Of a stretch of 64,000 nucleotides of DNA, positions 26,504-36,348 are shown piece after piece. How positions within the stretch are numbered: the first letter of the stretch is position 1; every line of letters begins with the position of its first letter. The notes below the pieces were generated by a model. The model saw only the letters and a list, made by a program, of their open reading frames with translations. It ran no database searches and was not told the origin of the DNA. This stretch comes from Chloroflexota bacterium (GTDB lineage Bacteria > Chloroflexota > UBA11872): assembly GCA_022825895.1 (NCBI GenBank), contig JAJDVX010000041.1, positions 6,944 to 70,943 on the forward strand, given 5' to 3'. The translations under genes were made by a program, and so were the position numbers.

Positions 26504-29285
26504 CCGGAGGTTCGGTTCGATTTCACGCCGGCAGGTGGTGGGCCTGCTTGCCGCGGGATCGGTCGCATCGGCCTGCGAGATCGCGGGTTTTGGCGGGGAC
26601 GCGGCACCGACGACCGATCCAAGTGCGACGCGGACGCCACCGCCCTACCTGGCGCCGATCGCGCAGCCGCTGCCGCCGCCGGTGAGACTGCCGGCGCTGA
26701 TTGTGGACTACGCGGGGACCGGGGCGATTGGCAACGCCGGCGACGGCGGCCCGGCCCGAGACGCCCAGTTCCGCAGCATTGGGGGCGTAGCGGTTGGCTC
26801 GGACGGGCTGATCTTTGTGTCGGATCCGAGCGCAAGTCGAATCCGACGCATCCGCACGGACGGGATTATTGAAGCGTTGGCGGGAACGGGCACCCGCGGT
26901 TACGGCGGCGACGGGGGGCACGCGCTGGCGGCGGACTTCACCGATCCGACTCGCCTGCTGGTCGATCAAGCGGGGACGCTTTTCGTGGCGGAACTCGATC
27001 GCGTGCGGCGGATTGACCCGGGGGGCCTGGTGTCGACGATCCTCGGCGACGGTCACGCCGGACTGGACGGCGACGGCGGCCCGTCCGCGTTTGCGCGGAC
27101 CGCCGGCAACGAGGGCATGGCCATCGACGGCGACGGCAATCTGTTCATTGCCGAACGGGCGGCACATCGCGTTCGCCGCATCGACACGCGCGGCAACGTA
27201 ACCACCGTGGCCGGTACCGGCGTCCCCGGTAGCGATGGGGACGGCGGCCCGGCCCTGGCCGCCACGCTCAACCAGCCAGTCGATGTTGACGTGGACGGCT
27301 TCGGCAACCTGCTGATTGCCGAACTGGCCGGCAACCGGATTCGCCGGGTCAGCACCACCGGGGTTATCGACACGGTTGCGGGCACCGGGGCGCCCGGCGG
27401 CGGCGGCGATGGCGGCCTGGCCGCGCAAGCCGAACTCCACGGGCCGCAGAGCGTGGTGGTGGACGCCAGCGGCGCCATCTACGTCGCCGACTGGAACAAT
27501 CGGCGCATTCGCCGCATTCATCCGGACGGGACCATTCAGACGGTCGCCGGGCTGGTGGGCGGCCGCGTGGAGTCCGGCGGCGCGGCGCTGGAATCGCGAT
27601 TGACGTTGCCGCTGGACGTTGTGCCGACGCTGGACGGCAGCCTGTTGATCGTGGAGCAGAGCGCGCGGCGGGTTCGCGCGCTCGTTCCAGTGTCGGGCGC
27701 TGACGCGTCGCCGCCGGCCCCGGAGCGGCAGGCGCCCGGGACGGGGGACGGCCAGCCGGCCGAGGCTCAAGTCGCCGCCGCCTTCGTCGCGCCCGCGCCC
27801 GCCCTGCCGCGTGGCGCACCGCTGGCCAGCGACCCGGTCGCCGAGGTCTTTGCCGGCACCGGGGAGTCCGGGAGCGCCGCCGATGCGGAGTTTCGTCTGA
27901 GCGCGGCCCTGGCCTCGCCGCGGGGGATCGCCATTGACGGCGTCGGCCGCCTTCTGATCGCCGATACCGGCAATCATCGGATTCGGCGGATTGAGCCAGA
28001 CGGCGCCGTGCGCATCGTGGCCGGCACCGGCGAGCCGGGGAGCGCGGGCGACGGCCGGGCGGCGGCCGCGGCCCAACTCAACCGACCATCCGCATTGGTT
28101 GTCGATTCGAGCGGATCGATTTACGTGGCCGACTCGGGCAATTTCCGCATTCGCAAGATCGATCCCGACGGCGTGATCACGACATTTGCCGGCGGTTCGC
28201 AGCCCGGCATTGCCGGCGATGGCGGTCTCGCGCGGGACGCGCAGTTTACGGAGCCTGTCGGGCTGGCCCTGGGGCCTGACGGATCGCTCTATGTGGTCGA
28301 CGGTCCCGTTCACCGGGTGCGCGTGATTCGACCCGACGGTCGCATTCACTCGTACGCGGGGAGTGGTGTGGACGGCAGCGGCGGCGACGGCGGACCGGCG
28401 ACCGAGGCGGCGCTGGGGTTTCCACAGCGCGTGGCCCTTGCGGCCGACGGTTCGGCGCTCGTCACCCAACTTCACGCGGGCGTTGTTCGCCGAATCGGCG
28501 CTGACGGCGTGATTGACACCCTGGCAGGATCCGGCCGGTCGGATGCGCCAGTCGAGGGACCGGCCCGTGAAATCGCCCTGGACGCGCCGATTGGGGTTGC
28601 CACGGACGCGGTGGGCGCGGTGTATGTGGTGGCCAGCGGCAACGGCCAGATTGCGCGAATCGATCCCGGCGGGCAGGCGCAGATTCTTGCCGGGAATCCG
28701 CTGGGCCAGGGGCAGTCCGGCGACCTGGCGCGGGAGATTCCGCTTTTCACCGCGCTTGACCTTGCTCTGGGACGGGACGGCTTTGGCTACCTGCTTGAGG
28801 CGCGTGGCCTGATTTGGCGAATCAGCGCGGAAACTCCGGGCGCCACGCCGACGTCGGCGCAAACGCAGGCCGACCAGACGCCGACGCCCACGGGGACGCC
28901 GACGCCAGAGGTTGGCGCCGTCGAATCGGCCGAAGCCACCAGCGTGGTGCTGGCCCTGCAGCTTGGGCCCGGGCAGGAGCCGGTTCAGCCGTCGCTCACG
29001 TTTCACCCGGGCGAGCGGGTGAATGTCTCGATCGAGTTCGCAAACGTCGCGCCGGGATCTCGCCTGGGAATCCGCTGGTTTGCGGGCGACGCCCAGCAGG
29101 GAACGTTCCTGACGGATCCACAGCCAGCCTATCGCCAGGCGCGATTTGGCTTCTGGTTCGGACTTCCACCAACCGCCGCGGCTGGCCCGTGGCGCGTTGA
29201 AATCCTGGTGGGCGCGAGGCCCATCGCCGCGGCGGATTTCGTAGTGACGCCGGGTGAGGTGCGGATCGCGGCGCCTGGCGCGTAG
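26493..29285 (+). CDS. Putative Tat lipoprotein with two NHL-repeat beta-propeller regions and a C-terminal Ig-like domain
   Basis: SRRQVV plus ASAC lipobox; about 12 repeats of AGTGxxGxxGDGGxAxxAxL/FxxPxxxxxDxxG...RIRRI; Pro/Thr-rich linkers. Confidence 0.88.
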   Translation: MRTSRRFGSISRRQVVGLLAAGSVASACEIAGFGGDAAPTTDPSATRTPPPYLAPIAQPLPPPVRLPALIVDYAGTGAIGNAGDGGPARDAQFRSIGGVAVGSDGLIFVSDPSASRIRRIRTDGIIEALAGTGTRGYGGDGGHALAADFTDPTRLLVDQAGTLFVAELDRVRRIDPGGLVSTILGDGHAGLDGDGGPSAFARTAGNEGMAIDGDGNLFIAERAAHRVRRIDTRGNVTTVAGTGVPGSDGDGGPALAATLNQPVDVDVDGFGNLLIAELAGNRIRRVSTTGVIDTVAGTGAPGGGGDGGLAAQAELHGPQSVVVDASGAIYVADWNNRRIRRIHPDGTIQTVAGLVGGRVESGGAALESRLTLPLDVVPTLDGSLLIVEQSARRVRALVPVSGADASPPAPERQAPGTGDGQPAEAQVAAAFVAPAPALPRGAPLASDPVAEVFAGTGESGSAADAEFRLSAALASPRGIAIDGVGRLLIADTGNHRIRRIEPDGAVRIVAGTGEPGSAGDGRAAAAAQLNRPSALVVDSSGSIYVADSGNFRIRKIDPDGVITTFAGGSQPGIAGDGGLARDAQFTEPVGLALGPDGSLYVVDGPVHRVRVIRPDGRIHSYAGSGVDGSGGDGGPATEAALGFPQRVALAADGSALVTQLHAGVVRRIGADGVIDTLAGSGRSDAPVEGPAREIALDAPIGVATDAVGAVYVVASGNGQIARIDPGGQAQILAGNPLGQGQSGDLAREIPLFTALDLALGRDGFGYLLEARGLIWRISAETPGATPTSAQTQADQTPTPTGTPTPEVGAVESAEATSVVLALQLGPGQEPVQPSLTFHPGERVNVSIEFANVAPGSRLGIRWFAGDAQQGTFLTDPQPAYRQARFGFWFGLPPTAAAGPWRVEILVGARPIAAADFVVTPGEVRIAAPGA

Positions 29286-29380
29286 CCGACGGCCGGGCCG
29301 ACGGAGCGCTGGCCGGAGAACCGGCGAGGGCGAGTTCACCCGTAGAATGTCCGTGAACGCCCCCGGGGTCGCACGACTGC

Positions 29381-30061
29381 ATGGCAACTGCACGAACTGA
29401 TGCCGACGACGTCGAAAAGGAACCGCAGATCGAGGTGAAGGTCACCGACCATCGGTCCGCCTCGACTCTCGACGACTCGAACGAAGCGGCGGAGACCGAC
29501 GGCGCGCCGGAGGCAGCGGCGGATGACGTCGAGGCGTTGAAGGCGGAGGTCGCCAAACTTGACGCGCGCCGTCAGGACGTATTGAACCGCCTGACGCGCG
29601 CGCAGGCCGATTTTGCGAATTACCGTCGGCGGACGGCTGACGAGGCTCAGGAAATAGCGAGATTCGCGAACCAGGCCCTTGCGTTCGAGTTGCTGAGTGT
29701 CATGGACGCGCTGGAACGGGCGTTCGGATCGATTCCTCGGGAGCTGCGGCTGCTGACCTGGATAGATGGAATCGCGCTGATCCAGGCCCAGTTGCGCCGG
29801 GTGCTGGAGACCGCGGGCGTTACCGCGATTGAATGTCGTCCCGGCGATCCGATCGACGTGGAAGTCCACGAAGTCGTGATGACCGAGGGTGACGACGCCA
29901 CGGCCGTTGTTGCCGAAATGCAGCGCGGCTACCGCATGCACGATCGCGTGATTCGGCCTGCCCTGGTAACGGCCGGGCCGAAGCCGCCGGCGGACGAATC
30001 CGCGGATGCTGACGCCGAGCCGGACGACCAGCCGCCGCTAGATTCCAACGAGACCGTGTGA
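29381..30061 (+). CDS. grpE: GrpE (copy 2)
   Basis: RAQADFANYRRR, LLSVMDALERA, HEVV...MQRGYRMHDRVIRPALV; TAGAAT -10-like hexamer at 29343. Confidence 0.92.
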   Translation: MATARTDADDVEKEPQIEVKVTDHRSASTLDDSNEAAETDGAPEAAADDVEALKAEVAKLDARRQDVLNRLTRAQADFANYRRRTADEAQEIARFANQALAFELLSVMDALERAFGSIPRELRLLTWIDGIALIQAQLRRVLETAGVTAIECRPGDPIDVEVHEVVMTEGDDATAVVAEMQRGYRMHDRVIRPALVTAGPKPPADESADADAEPDDQPPLDSNETV

Positions 30062-31164
30062 GCGCCAAGCCCGATTTCTACGACGTCCTTGGCGTTGAAC
30101 GGACGGCTGGACCCGACGAGATTCGGAAGGCGTATCGCGATCTCGCGCGACGCCACCACCCGGATGTCAGTCGCGAGCCTGACGCCACCGAGCGGTTTCA
30201 ACAGATCAACGAGGCCTACGAGGTATTGCGCGACGATGAGAAGCGGGCGACGTACGACCGTTTCGGTCATGACGGTCCGGGGTCTCCCTTTGGCGCGGGG
30301 TTTGACGATTTTGGCGGGATAGGCGACGTGTTCGATGCCTTTTTCGGCGGCGGGCGCCGGTCGAGGCCGGGAGCGGCGCAGCCGGGGACGGACGCGCGAA
30401 TCCAAGTGGAACTGGAATTCCTGGAGGGTGTCTTCGGCGTTGAGACCGACGTGGACTACCAGCGCCTGGAGCCGTGCGGCACCTGTGCCGGGAACGGCGC
30501 GGCACCCGGCACCCGGCCCAGTACGTGCGGGCCCTGCCGAGGCACCGGGCAGGTGCAACGAGCTCAGCGGTCCATCTTTGGTCAGTTTGTCAACGTCACG
30601 ACCTGCGACACCTGCGGCGGGGCGGGGCAGGTTGTCGAAAGCAAGTGTCCGACGTGTACGGGTGTCGGCCTGGAGCGCGCATCGGTGAAACGAACGGTCA
30701 GGGTTCCCGCCGGACTTCAGGCGGGCACCGAGTTGCGACTCACCGGCGAAGGCAACCACGGGCCGCGCGGTGGTTCGCCGGGGGATTTGTATATCGGTAT
30801 CGACGTCAAACCGCACCCGGTCCTGGAACGCGACGGCGACAACATTCTGAGCAACGTGGTGATCAACGTGGCCGAGGCGGCGCTTGGCGCCAGCCTGGAG
30901 GTGGAGACCGCCGACGGGCTCACATCCGTCAAGATACCGCCAGGCATCCAGGCCGGAACACCGATTCGGCTGCGCGGCAAAGGCGCGCCGCGCCTGCGCG
31001 GATCGGGGCGCGGCGATCATTTTCTCTTCGTACACGTTGCCACGCCCACAAAACTGAATAGGAAGCAACGCGATCTGCTGGATCAGTTGCGCGAGACGCT
31101 GCCCGGCGGCAGCGATTCGGGCGGACGCAGCTTTGTCGAGAAGATCCGAGCCGCCTTTCGGTGA
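30058..31164 (+). CDS. dnaJ: Class I chaperone DnaJ
   Basis: J domain with HPD, G/F region, four CxxCxGxG zinc-finger repeats, C-terminal domain. Confidence 0.96.
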   Translation: MSAKPDFYDVLGVERTAGPDEIRKAYRDLARRHHPDVSREPDATERFQQINEAYEVLRDDEKRATYDRFGHDGPGSPFGAGFDDFGGIGDVFDAFFGGGRRSRPGAAQPGTDARIQVELEFLEGVFGVETDVDYQRLEPCGTCAGNGAAPGTRPSTCGPCRGTGQVQRAQRSIFGQFVNVTTCDTCGGAGQVVESKCPTCTGVGLERASVKRTVRVPAGLQAGTELRLTGEGNHGPRGGSPGDLYIGIDVKPHPVLERDGDNILSNVVINVAEAALGASLEVETADGLTSVKIPPGIQAGTPIRLRGKGAPRLRGSGRGDHFLFVHVATPTKLNRKQRDLLDQLRETLPGGSDSGGRSFVEKIRAAFR

Positions 31165-32105
31165 GTAACCGGTGGGCGGCGATCAGCGTGCCCATGCAAC
31201 CGGAAGCCCTGGACGACGTGTCCGTCGCTCTGCAGCGGCTGGTCCGTCGAGCGTTTGCCGTGGAGACCCGACCCCGATCCGCGGACGGCGACTGGCCCGT
31301 TACGGCCCACGCGTACGTGGCGCCGGGCGAGCGCCAGGAGGCGGCGCGGCACGAGGTGCTGCGGGCGCTCGCCATGCTGCGAGTCGCCGGGGACGGCCTG
31401 GTTGGCGCGCCAACGGAGACGTTTGTCGACGCGGAGGCCTTGCGTACGAGCTGGCGGGAGTACTACGGGCCGCTGGCGGTTGGCCGCCGCCTGTTGATCG
31501 TACCGGCGTGGCTGGACCGGCCGCGGCAGCAGCACGATCGGATCCCGATTATTCTCGACTCGGCCATGGCGTTTGGAACCGGACATCATCCGACAACCCA
31601 GCTTGCGCTGGCGGCGCTAGAGAATGCGCTGCAGCCAGGCGACGTAGTCGCGGACGTTGGCACCGGGTCGGGCGTGCTGGCCATTGCGGCGGCAAAGCTT
31701 GGCGCGTCACGGGTCTATGCCTTCGACCGAGATCCGGAGGCGGGCCCCACGGCTGCCGCCAATCTCCGGCGAAACGATGTCGCCGACCGGATCGAGCTAT
31801 CCATTCCAAGCTCGACCCTGGCAGCGCCCGAGCCAGCGGCACTGGTCGTCGCCAACATCGTGGCATCCGTGCACGTGACGTTGATGCCGGCCTACGCCGG
31901 GCTGCTGAGGCCCGCCGGCCGCTTGCTGCTCGGCGGCGTGATTGACGCGCGGGTTGATGAGGTCGTTGCCGCGGCGCAGCCATTCGGATTCCGTCCGCAG
32001 GCCATTGCGGCGGACGAGGAGTGGCGGCTGCTCGACTTCACCGACGCGTCAGTGCCAAATTCCATAGGGTCAGCGGAGGCCGCCACGGGAGATCGAGGCC
32101 AATGA
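31161..32105 (+). CDS. prmA: Ribosomal protein L11 methyltransferase
   Basis: MAFGTGHHPTT, DVGTGSGVLAI, VVANI; follows dnaJ. Confidence 0.92.
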   Translation: MSNRWAAISVPMQPEALDDVSVALQRLVRRAFAVETRPRSADGDWPVTAHAYVAPGERQEAARHEVLRALAMLRVAGDGLVGAPTETFVDAEALRTSWREYYGPLAVGRRLLIVPAWLDRPRQQHDRIPIILDSAMAFGTGHHPTTQLALAALENALQPGDVVADVGTGSGVLAIAAAKLGASRVYAFDRDPEAGPTAAANLRRNDVADRIELSIPSSTLAAPEPAALVVANIVASVHVTLMPAYAGLLRPAGRLLLGGVIDARVDEVVAAAQPFGFRPQAIAADEEWRLLDFTDASVPNSIGSAEAATGDRGQ

Positions 32106-32461
32106 GTTCCGATGCCAGCGATACGGATTGCATCTTTTGCGCCATTGCCCGCGGGGACATTCCCAGCGACGGGGTGTATGCGGACGACCATGTGATCGCG
32201 TTTCGAGACATCAGTCCGCAGGCACCGTCGCACGTGCTCGTCGCACCGCGTCGGCACGTGGCGAGCATTGACGAAGTTCGGGACGACCGGGAATTGCTGG
32301 GTCGGGTGCTGGCGGCGGCCGTCGCCGTCGCCCAATCCGAGAACCTGGCCGCGTCAGGCTATCGTCTGGCGACCAACCATGGGCGCGACGGCGCGCAGTC
32401 GGTTGCGCATTGGCACGTTCACGTCTTGGGCGGGCGCGCCTTGAGCGGGCGACTGGGATAG
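32102..32461 (+). CDS. HIT (histidine triad) nucleotide-binding protein
   Basis: DCIFCAI, AFRDISPQAPSHVL, QSVAHWHVHVLGGR; ATGA overlap with prmA. Confidence 0.93.
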   Translation: MSSDASDTDCIFCAIARGDIPSDGVYADDHVIAFRDISPQAPSHVLVAPRRHVASIDEVRDDRELLGRVLAAAVAVAQSENLAASGYRLATNHGRDGAQSVAHWHVHVLGGRALSGRLG

Positions 32462-32523
32462 GCCGACGGTCCAGTTGCCGTCCGTCCGGCGATTCCGGAC
32501 GAGCCGGGACGCCGACTTGCGGC

Positions 32524-32552
32524 TTGGAGGGTCGGCGGCGACATGGTATTGT
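32524..32552 (+). promoter_or_regulatory. Promoter of the rpoBC superoperon
   Basis: TTGGAG-N17-TATTGT with TG extension. Confidence 0.6.
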
Positions 32553-32611
32553 GGGTGCAACGTGGGGGTGCCCGAATAGCCGCGCGGCTGCGAGTCAACT
32601 GAATAGCAACT

Positions 32612-32641
32612 ACCCGACCGGTGTGCGCCGGTTGGGTTTTT
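32612..32641 (+). terminator. Intrinsic-terminator-like hairpin in the rpoB leader
   Basis: ACCCGACCGG-tgtgcg-CCGGTTGGGT (10-11 bp stem) running into a T5 tract. Confidence 0.65.
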
Positions 32642-32866
32642 GCGCCTTGCGAACAACGGGCTCCAAATCAAAAACGGATGTGACGCGCTGACGCAGTTTT
32701 TCCGGCAGGGTTCCCGGTTGACCGCCGCTCGAGCGCGTGGGCGCCCTGTGCCCGGCTACCGGTCCCACGATTGGTTGTACACCGGACTTCGTCCCGTGCG
32801 CCGCGGCAGCGGCCTCAGCGGGCGAAATCGTTTCCGCACGTGGTCGAATGAAGGAGCAGGCCATTC

Positions 32867-35800
32867 ATGAGTTCTAACGGCACGACTTCGGGCATTGACG
32901 AGCGGCATTACGGGCGGGTCCCGAGCATCCTGGATATGCCGCACCTGGTCTCAACGCAGCTCGAATCGTTCGAACGGTTCAAGAACGAATACCTGCAAGA
33001 ACTGTTCGCCGAGATCTCGCCCATCCAGGACTTTACGGGGAAGAACCTGGAGCTTCACTTTGAGGTGCCCGACGACGCGTTTGACGTGCCGAAGTACACC
33101 GAAGAAGCGTGCCGCGAACAGGATCGCACGTACCAGGCGCCACTGCGGGTGAAGGCCCGGCTGCACAACAAGCAGACCGGCGAAATCAAGGAAATGGTCG
33201 TCTACATGGGCGACTTTCCGCTGATGACGCGCCAGGGCACGTTCATTTATAACGGGGCCGAGCGGGTGGTCGTGAGCCAGTTGGTGCGGTCGCCCGGGGT
33301 CTATTTCTCTGCGGAGATTGATCCCGCCACCGGCCGCCGACGCTTCGGCGCCAAGCTCATTCCCAAGCGCGGCGCCTGGCTGGAGTTCGAGACCAGCAAT
33401 CAGTCGATGGTCAACGTAAAGATTGACCGCAAGCGGAAGTTGCCCGTTACGACTTTTCTTCGCGCGATCGAGCCGGCGTTGGGGGACGACGCGGCCTTGC
33501 TGGACGCATTTGCCGACGTGGATACGGATCCGGAGCATCGGTTCATTGAATCGACGATCGGGCGTGCGGAGACTCGGCGCGACCTGGCCTTCAGCACCGA
33601 GGACGGCCTCATCGAGCTGTATCACCGGCTGCGTCCGGGCGACCCGGCCACCGTGGACAACGCGCGTTCCCTGATTGAGCAGACGTTCTTCAACATTCGC
33701 CGCTACGACCTGGGGCCAGTCGGGCGCTACAAGCTGAACAAGCGCCTCGGGCTCGAGACCGACGAAACCACGCGGACGCTCGAGCCGAACGATCTCGTTG
33801 CCATCGTGCGCGAGATCGTGCGACTGAACGTGACGCAAGGGGTTCCGGACCACATCGACCACCTGGGCAACCGACGTGTCCGCGCCGTTGGCGAACTGTT
33901 GGCCGATCAGTTTCGCGTCGGCTTGCTGCGCATGGAGCGAGTGATCAAGGAGCGGATGAGCATTCAGAACGCGGCGGAGGCCACGCCGTCGGGGCTGATC
34001 AACACGAGGCCCGTGACCGCCGCCGTCAAGGAGTTCTTCGGCGGCAGCCAGCTGTCCCAATTCATGGACCAGGCCAACCCAATGGCGGAACTTGCCCACA
34101 AGCGGCGGCTGAGCGCCATGGGGCCTGGCGGGCTGTCACGGGAGCGCGCCGGATTTGATGTGCGCGACGTGCACTACAGTCATTATGGGCGCGTGTGTCC
34201 CATCGAGACGCCCGAAGGGCCGAACATCGGGCTGATCAACACGCTGGCAACGCTTGCCCGCGTCAACTCGTACGGATTCATCGAGACGCCGTATCGGCGT
34301 GTGATCACGCGCGTGCCGGCTACCGACGCCGAGGGGCTGCTGGGCCGGACGGTTGCCAGACCATTTGGTGCGAGCGACGGCGGCCAGCCGGTGGCGCAGG
34401 TTGGCGATGTGATTGATGAACCCCTGGCGGCGGCCATTGGCCAGGTGGATGGCGCCGAGGCACTGGACGTGCGCATTCGGCCGGTGGTGACGGATGAGGT
34501 TGAGTACCTGGCGGCCGACGAAGAAGAGCGTCACACGATCGCGCAGGCCAAGACCGTGCTCAACTCGAAAAACGAAATCGAGTTGGAGCGCGTGTCCGTT
34601 CGCCGGGGACCGAATTTCCACGAGGCAGACGCGAGTGAGGTCGAGTACCTGGACTCGTCGCCGCAGCAGATCGTGAGCCTTGCGACGGCCATGATTCCGT
34701 TTCTCGAGCACGACGACGCCAACCGAGCGCTCATGGGCGCCAACATGCAGCGGCAGGCCGTGCCGTTGATCAAGCCAGAGGCCCCGCTGGTGGCCACCGG
34801 CATGGAGGAGGTCAGCGCGCGCGACTCGGGGCACATGCAGTTGGCGGCCGCCGACGGCGCGGTGACGCACGTGACGTCCCGAGAGATCACGATCGACCAT
34901 GGAGACGACGGCGGCGAACGCGTTTACCGCCTCCGGAAGTTCGATCGCTCCAATACCGCGACTTGCATCAGCCAGCGACCGGTGGTGGCCGCCGGCGACT
35001 CGGTGACGGCCGGTCAGCCGATCGCCGAGAGCATGGCCACGGCCGACGGCATGATTGCCCTGGGCCAGAACATCGTGGTGGCCTTCATGTTCTGGGAAGG
35101 CGGAAACTACGAGGACGCCATCGTCGTGAGCGAGCGTCTGCTGAAGGATGACGTCTTTACCTCGATCCACATCGAGAAGTACGAGGTGGAGGCGCGCGAC
35201 ACGAAACTCGGGGCCGAAGAGATCACCCGCGACATTCCGAATCAGAACGAGGAAGCCCTTCGCAATCTGGACGACACGGGCGTGGTGTATGTGGGGGCCG
35301 AGGTTGGGCCGGACGACGTTCTGGTCGGGAAGATCACGCCCAAGGGCGAAACCGAACTCTCGGGAGAAGATCGCCTGCTGCGTGCGATCTTCGGTCGCGA
35401 CGCACGGGAAGTGAAGGACACATCCAAGCACGTGCCGGCTGGCGAGTACGGCCGCGTTATCGACGTTCGCCGGTTTTCAGCCGACGAGGGCGACGACCTT
35501 CAGGCGGGCGTGACCGAGATGATCCGCGTAAGCGTTGCCTCGAAGCGCAAGCTAATGGTTGGCGACAAGATGGCGGGCCGCCACGGCAACAAGGGCGTGA
35601 TTTCCATGATCCTGCCGCAAGAGGACATGCCCTATCTGGCGGACGGGACTCCCGTTGACATCATTCTGAATCCGCTTGGGGTCGCCTCTCGAATGAACGT
35701 GGGGCAGACGCTGGAGACGCACCTTGGATGGGCCGCCGACAAGCTGGCCTTCCGCGCGATTAGCCCGGTGTTCGACAGCGCCGATGAAGACACGATCGCC

Positions 35801-36334
35801 GAGGCCCTGACCGAAGCCGATTTGCCGGCGGACGGCAAGGCCGTGCTGTATGACGGCCGCACCGGGGAGCGGTTTGACCAGGAAGTCACGGTGGGCGTGA
35901 TCTACATGATGAAGCTCGGGCACATGGTGGACGACAAGATCCACGCCCGATCCACCGGGCCCTACTCGCTGATCACTCAGCAGCCGCTTGGCGGCAAGGC
36001 GCAAATGGGCGGTCAGCGATTTGGCGAAATGGAAGTCTGGGCGCTGGAGGCCTACGGGGCCGCGCACACGCTGCAGGAAATGTTGACGGTCAAGTCCGAC
36101 GACATTCTCGGCCGTGTCAAGACGTACGAAGCCATTGTCAAAGGCGAGTCCATCCTCGAACCCGGCATTCCCGAGTCTTTCCGGGTGCTGGTGAAGGAGC
36201 TGCAGAGTCTTGGCGTTTCCGTGGACATTCTGGACGACGCCGAGGAAGAAATCGCGCTGGCCGGCGAACACATGCACGACCAGCTGCCCGACCTGGATGG
36301 CATCAACATCCAGGGTCGTGAATACCGACTCTAG
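32867..36334 (+). CDS. rpoB: RNA polymerase beta subunit
   Basis: [40 protein letters not shown]; AAGGAG RBS. Confidence 0.99.
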   Translation: MSSNGTTSGIDERHYGRVPSILDMPHLVSTQLESFERFKNEYLQELFAEISPIQDFTGKNLELHFEVPDDAFDVPKYTEEACREQDRTYQAPLRVKARLHNKQTGEIKEMVVYMGDFPLMTRQGTFIYNGAERVVVSQLVRSPGVYFSAEIDPATGRRRFGAKLIPKRGAWLEFETSNQSMVNVKIDRKRKLPVTTFLRAIEPALGDDAALLDAFADVDTDPEHRFIESTIGRAETRRDLAFSTEDGLIELYHRLRPGDPATVDNARSLIEQTFFNIRRYDLGPVGRYKLNKRLGLETDETTRTLEPNDLVAIVREIVRLNVTQGVPDHIDHLGNRRVRAVGELLADQFRVGLLRMERVIKERMSIQNAAEATPSGLINTRPVTAAVKEFFGGSQLSQFMDQANPMAELAHKRRLSAMGPGGLSRERAGFDVRDVHYSHYGRVCPIETPEGPNIGLINTLATLARVNSYGFIETPYRRVITRVPATDAEGLLGRTVARPFGASDGGQPVAQVGDVIDEPLAAAIGQVDGAEALDVRIRPVVTDEVEYLAADEEERHTIAQAKTVLNSKNEIELERVSVRRGPNFHEADASEVEYLDSSPQQIVSLATAMIPFLEHDDANRALMGANMQRQAVPLIKPEAPLVATGMEEVSARDSGHMQLAAADGAVTHVTSREITIDHGDDGGERVYRLRKFDRSNTATCISQRPVVAAGDSVTAGQPIAESMATADGMIALGQNIVVAFMFWEGGNYEDAIVVSERLLKDDVFTSIHIEKYEVEARDTKLGAEEITRDIPNQNEEALRNLDDTGVVYVGAEVGPDDVLVGKITPKGETELSGEDRLLRAIFGRDAREVKDTSKHVPAGEYGRVIDVRRFSADEGDDLQAGVTEMIRVSVASKRKLMVGDKMAGRHGNKGVISMILPQEDMPYLADGTPVDIILNPLGVASRMNVGQTLETHLGWAADKLAFRAISPVFDSADEDTIAEALTEADLPADGKAVLYDGRTGERFDQEVTVGVIYMMKLGHMVDDKIHARSTGPYSLITQQPLGGKAQMGGQRFGEMEVWALEAYGAAHTLQEMLTVKSDDILGRVKTYEAIVKGESILEPGIPESFRVLVKELQSLGVSVDILDDAEEEIALAGEHMHDQLPDLDGINIQGREYRL

Positions 36335-36348
36335 GAGGACCCGAACGA

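Noticed and set aside
26700-28800. DNA-level tandem repeat, or RHS/teneurin toxin
   Set aside because: The periodicity is at protein level (NHL blades) with diverged DNA; there is no YD/RHS core, toxin tip or immunity gene.
34034-34130. Rifampicin-resistant RpoB
   Set aside because: The key cluster I residues (Q513, D516, H526, R529, S531 equivalents) are intact; the L521M, T525A and L533M-type differences are conservative and do not support a resistance call.
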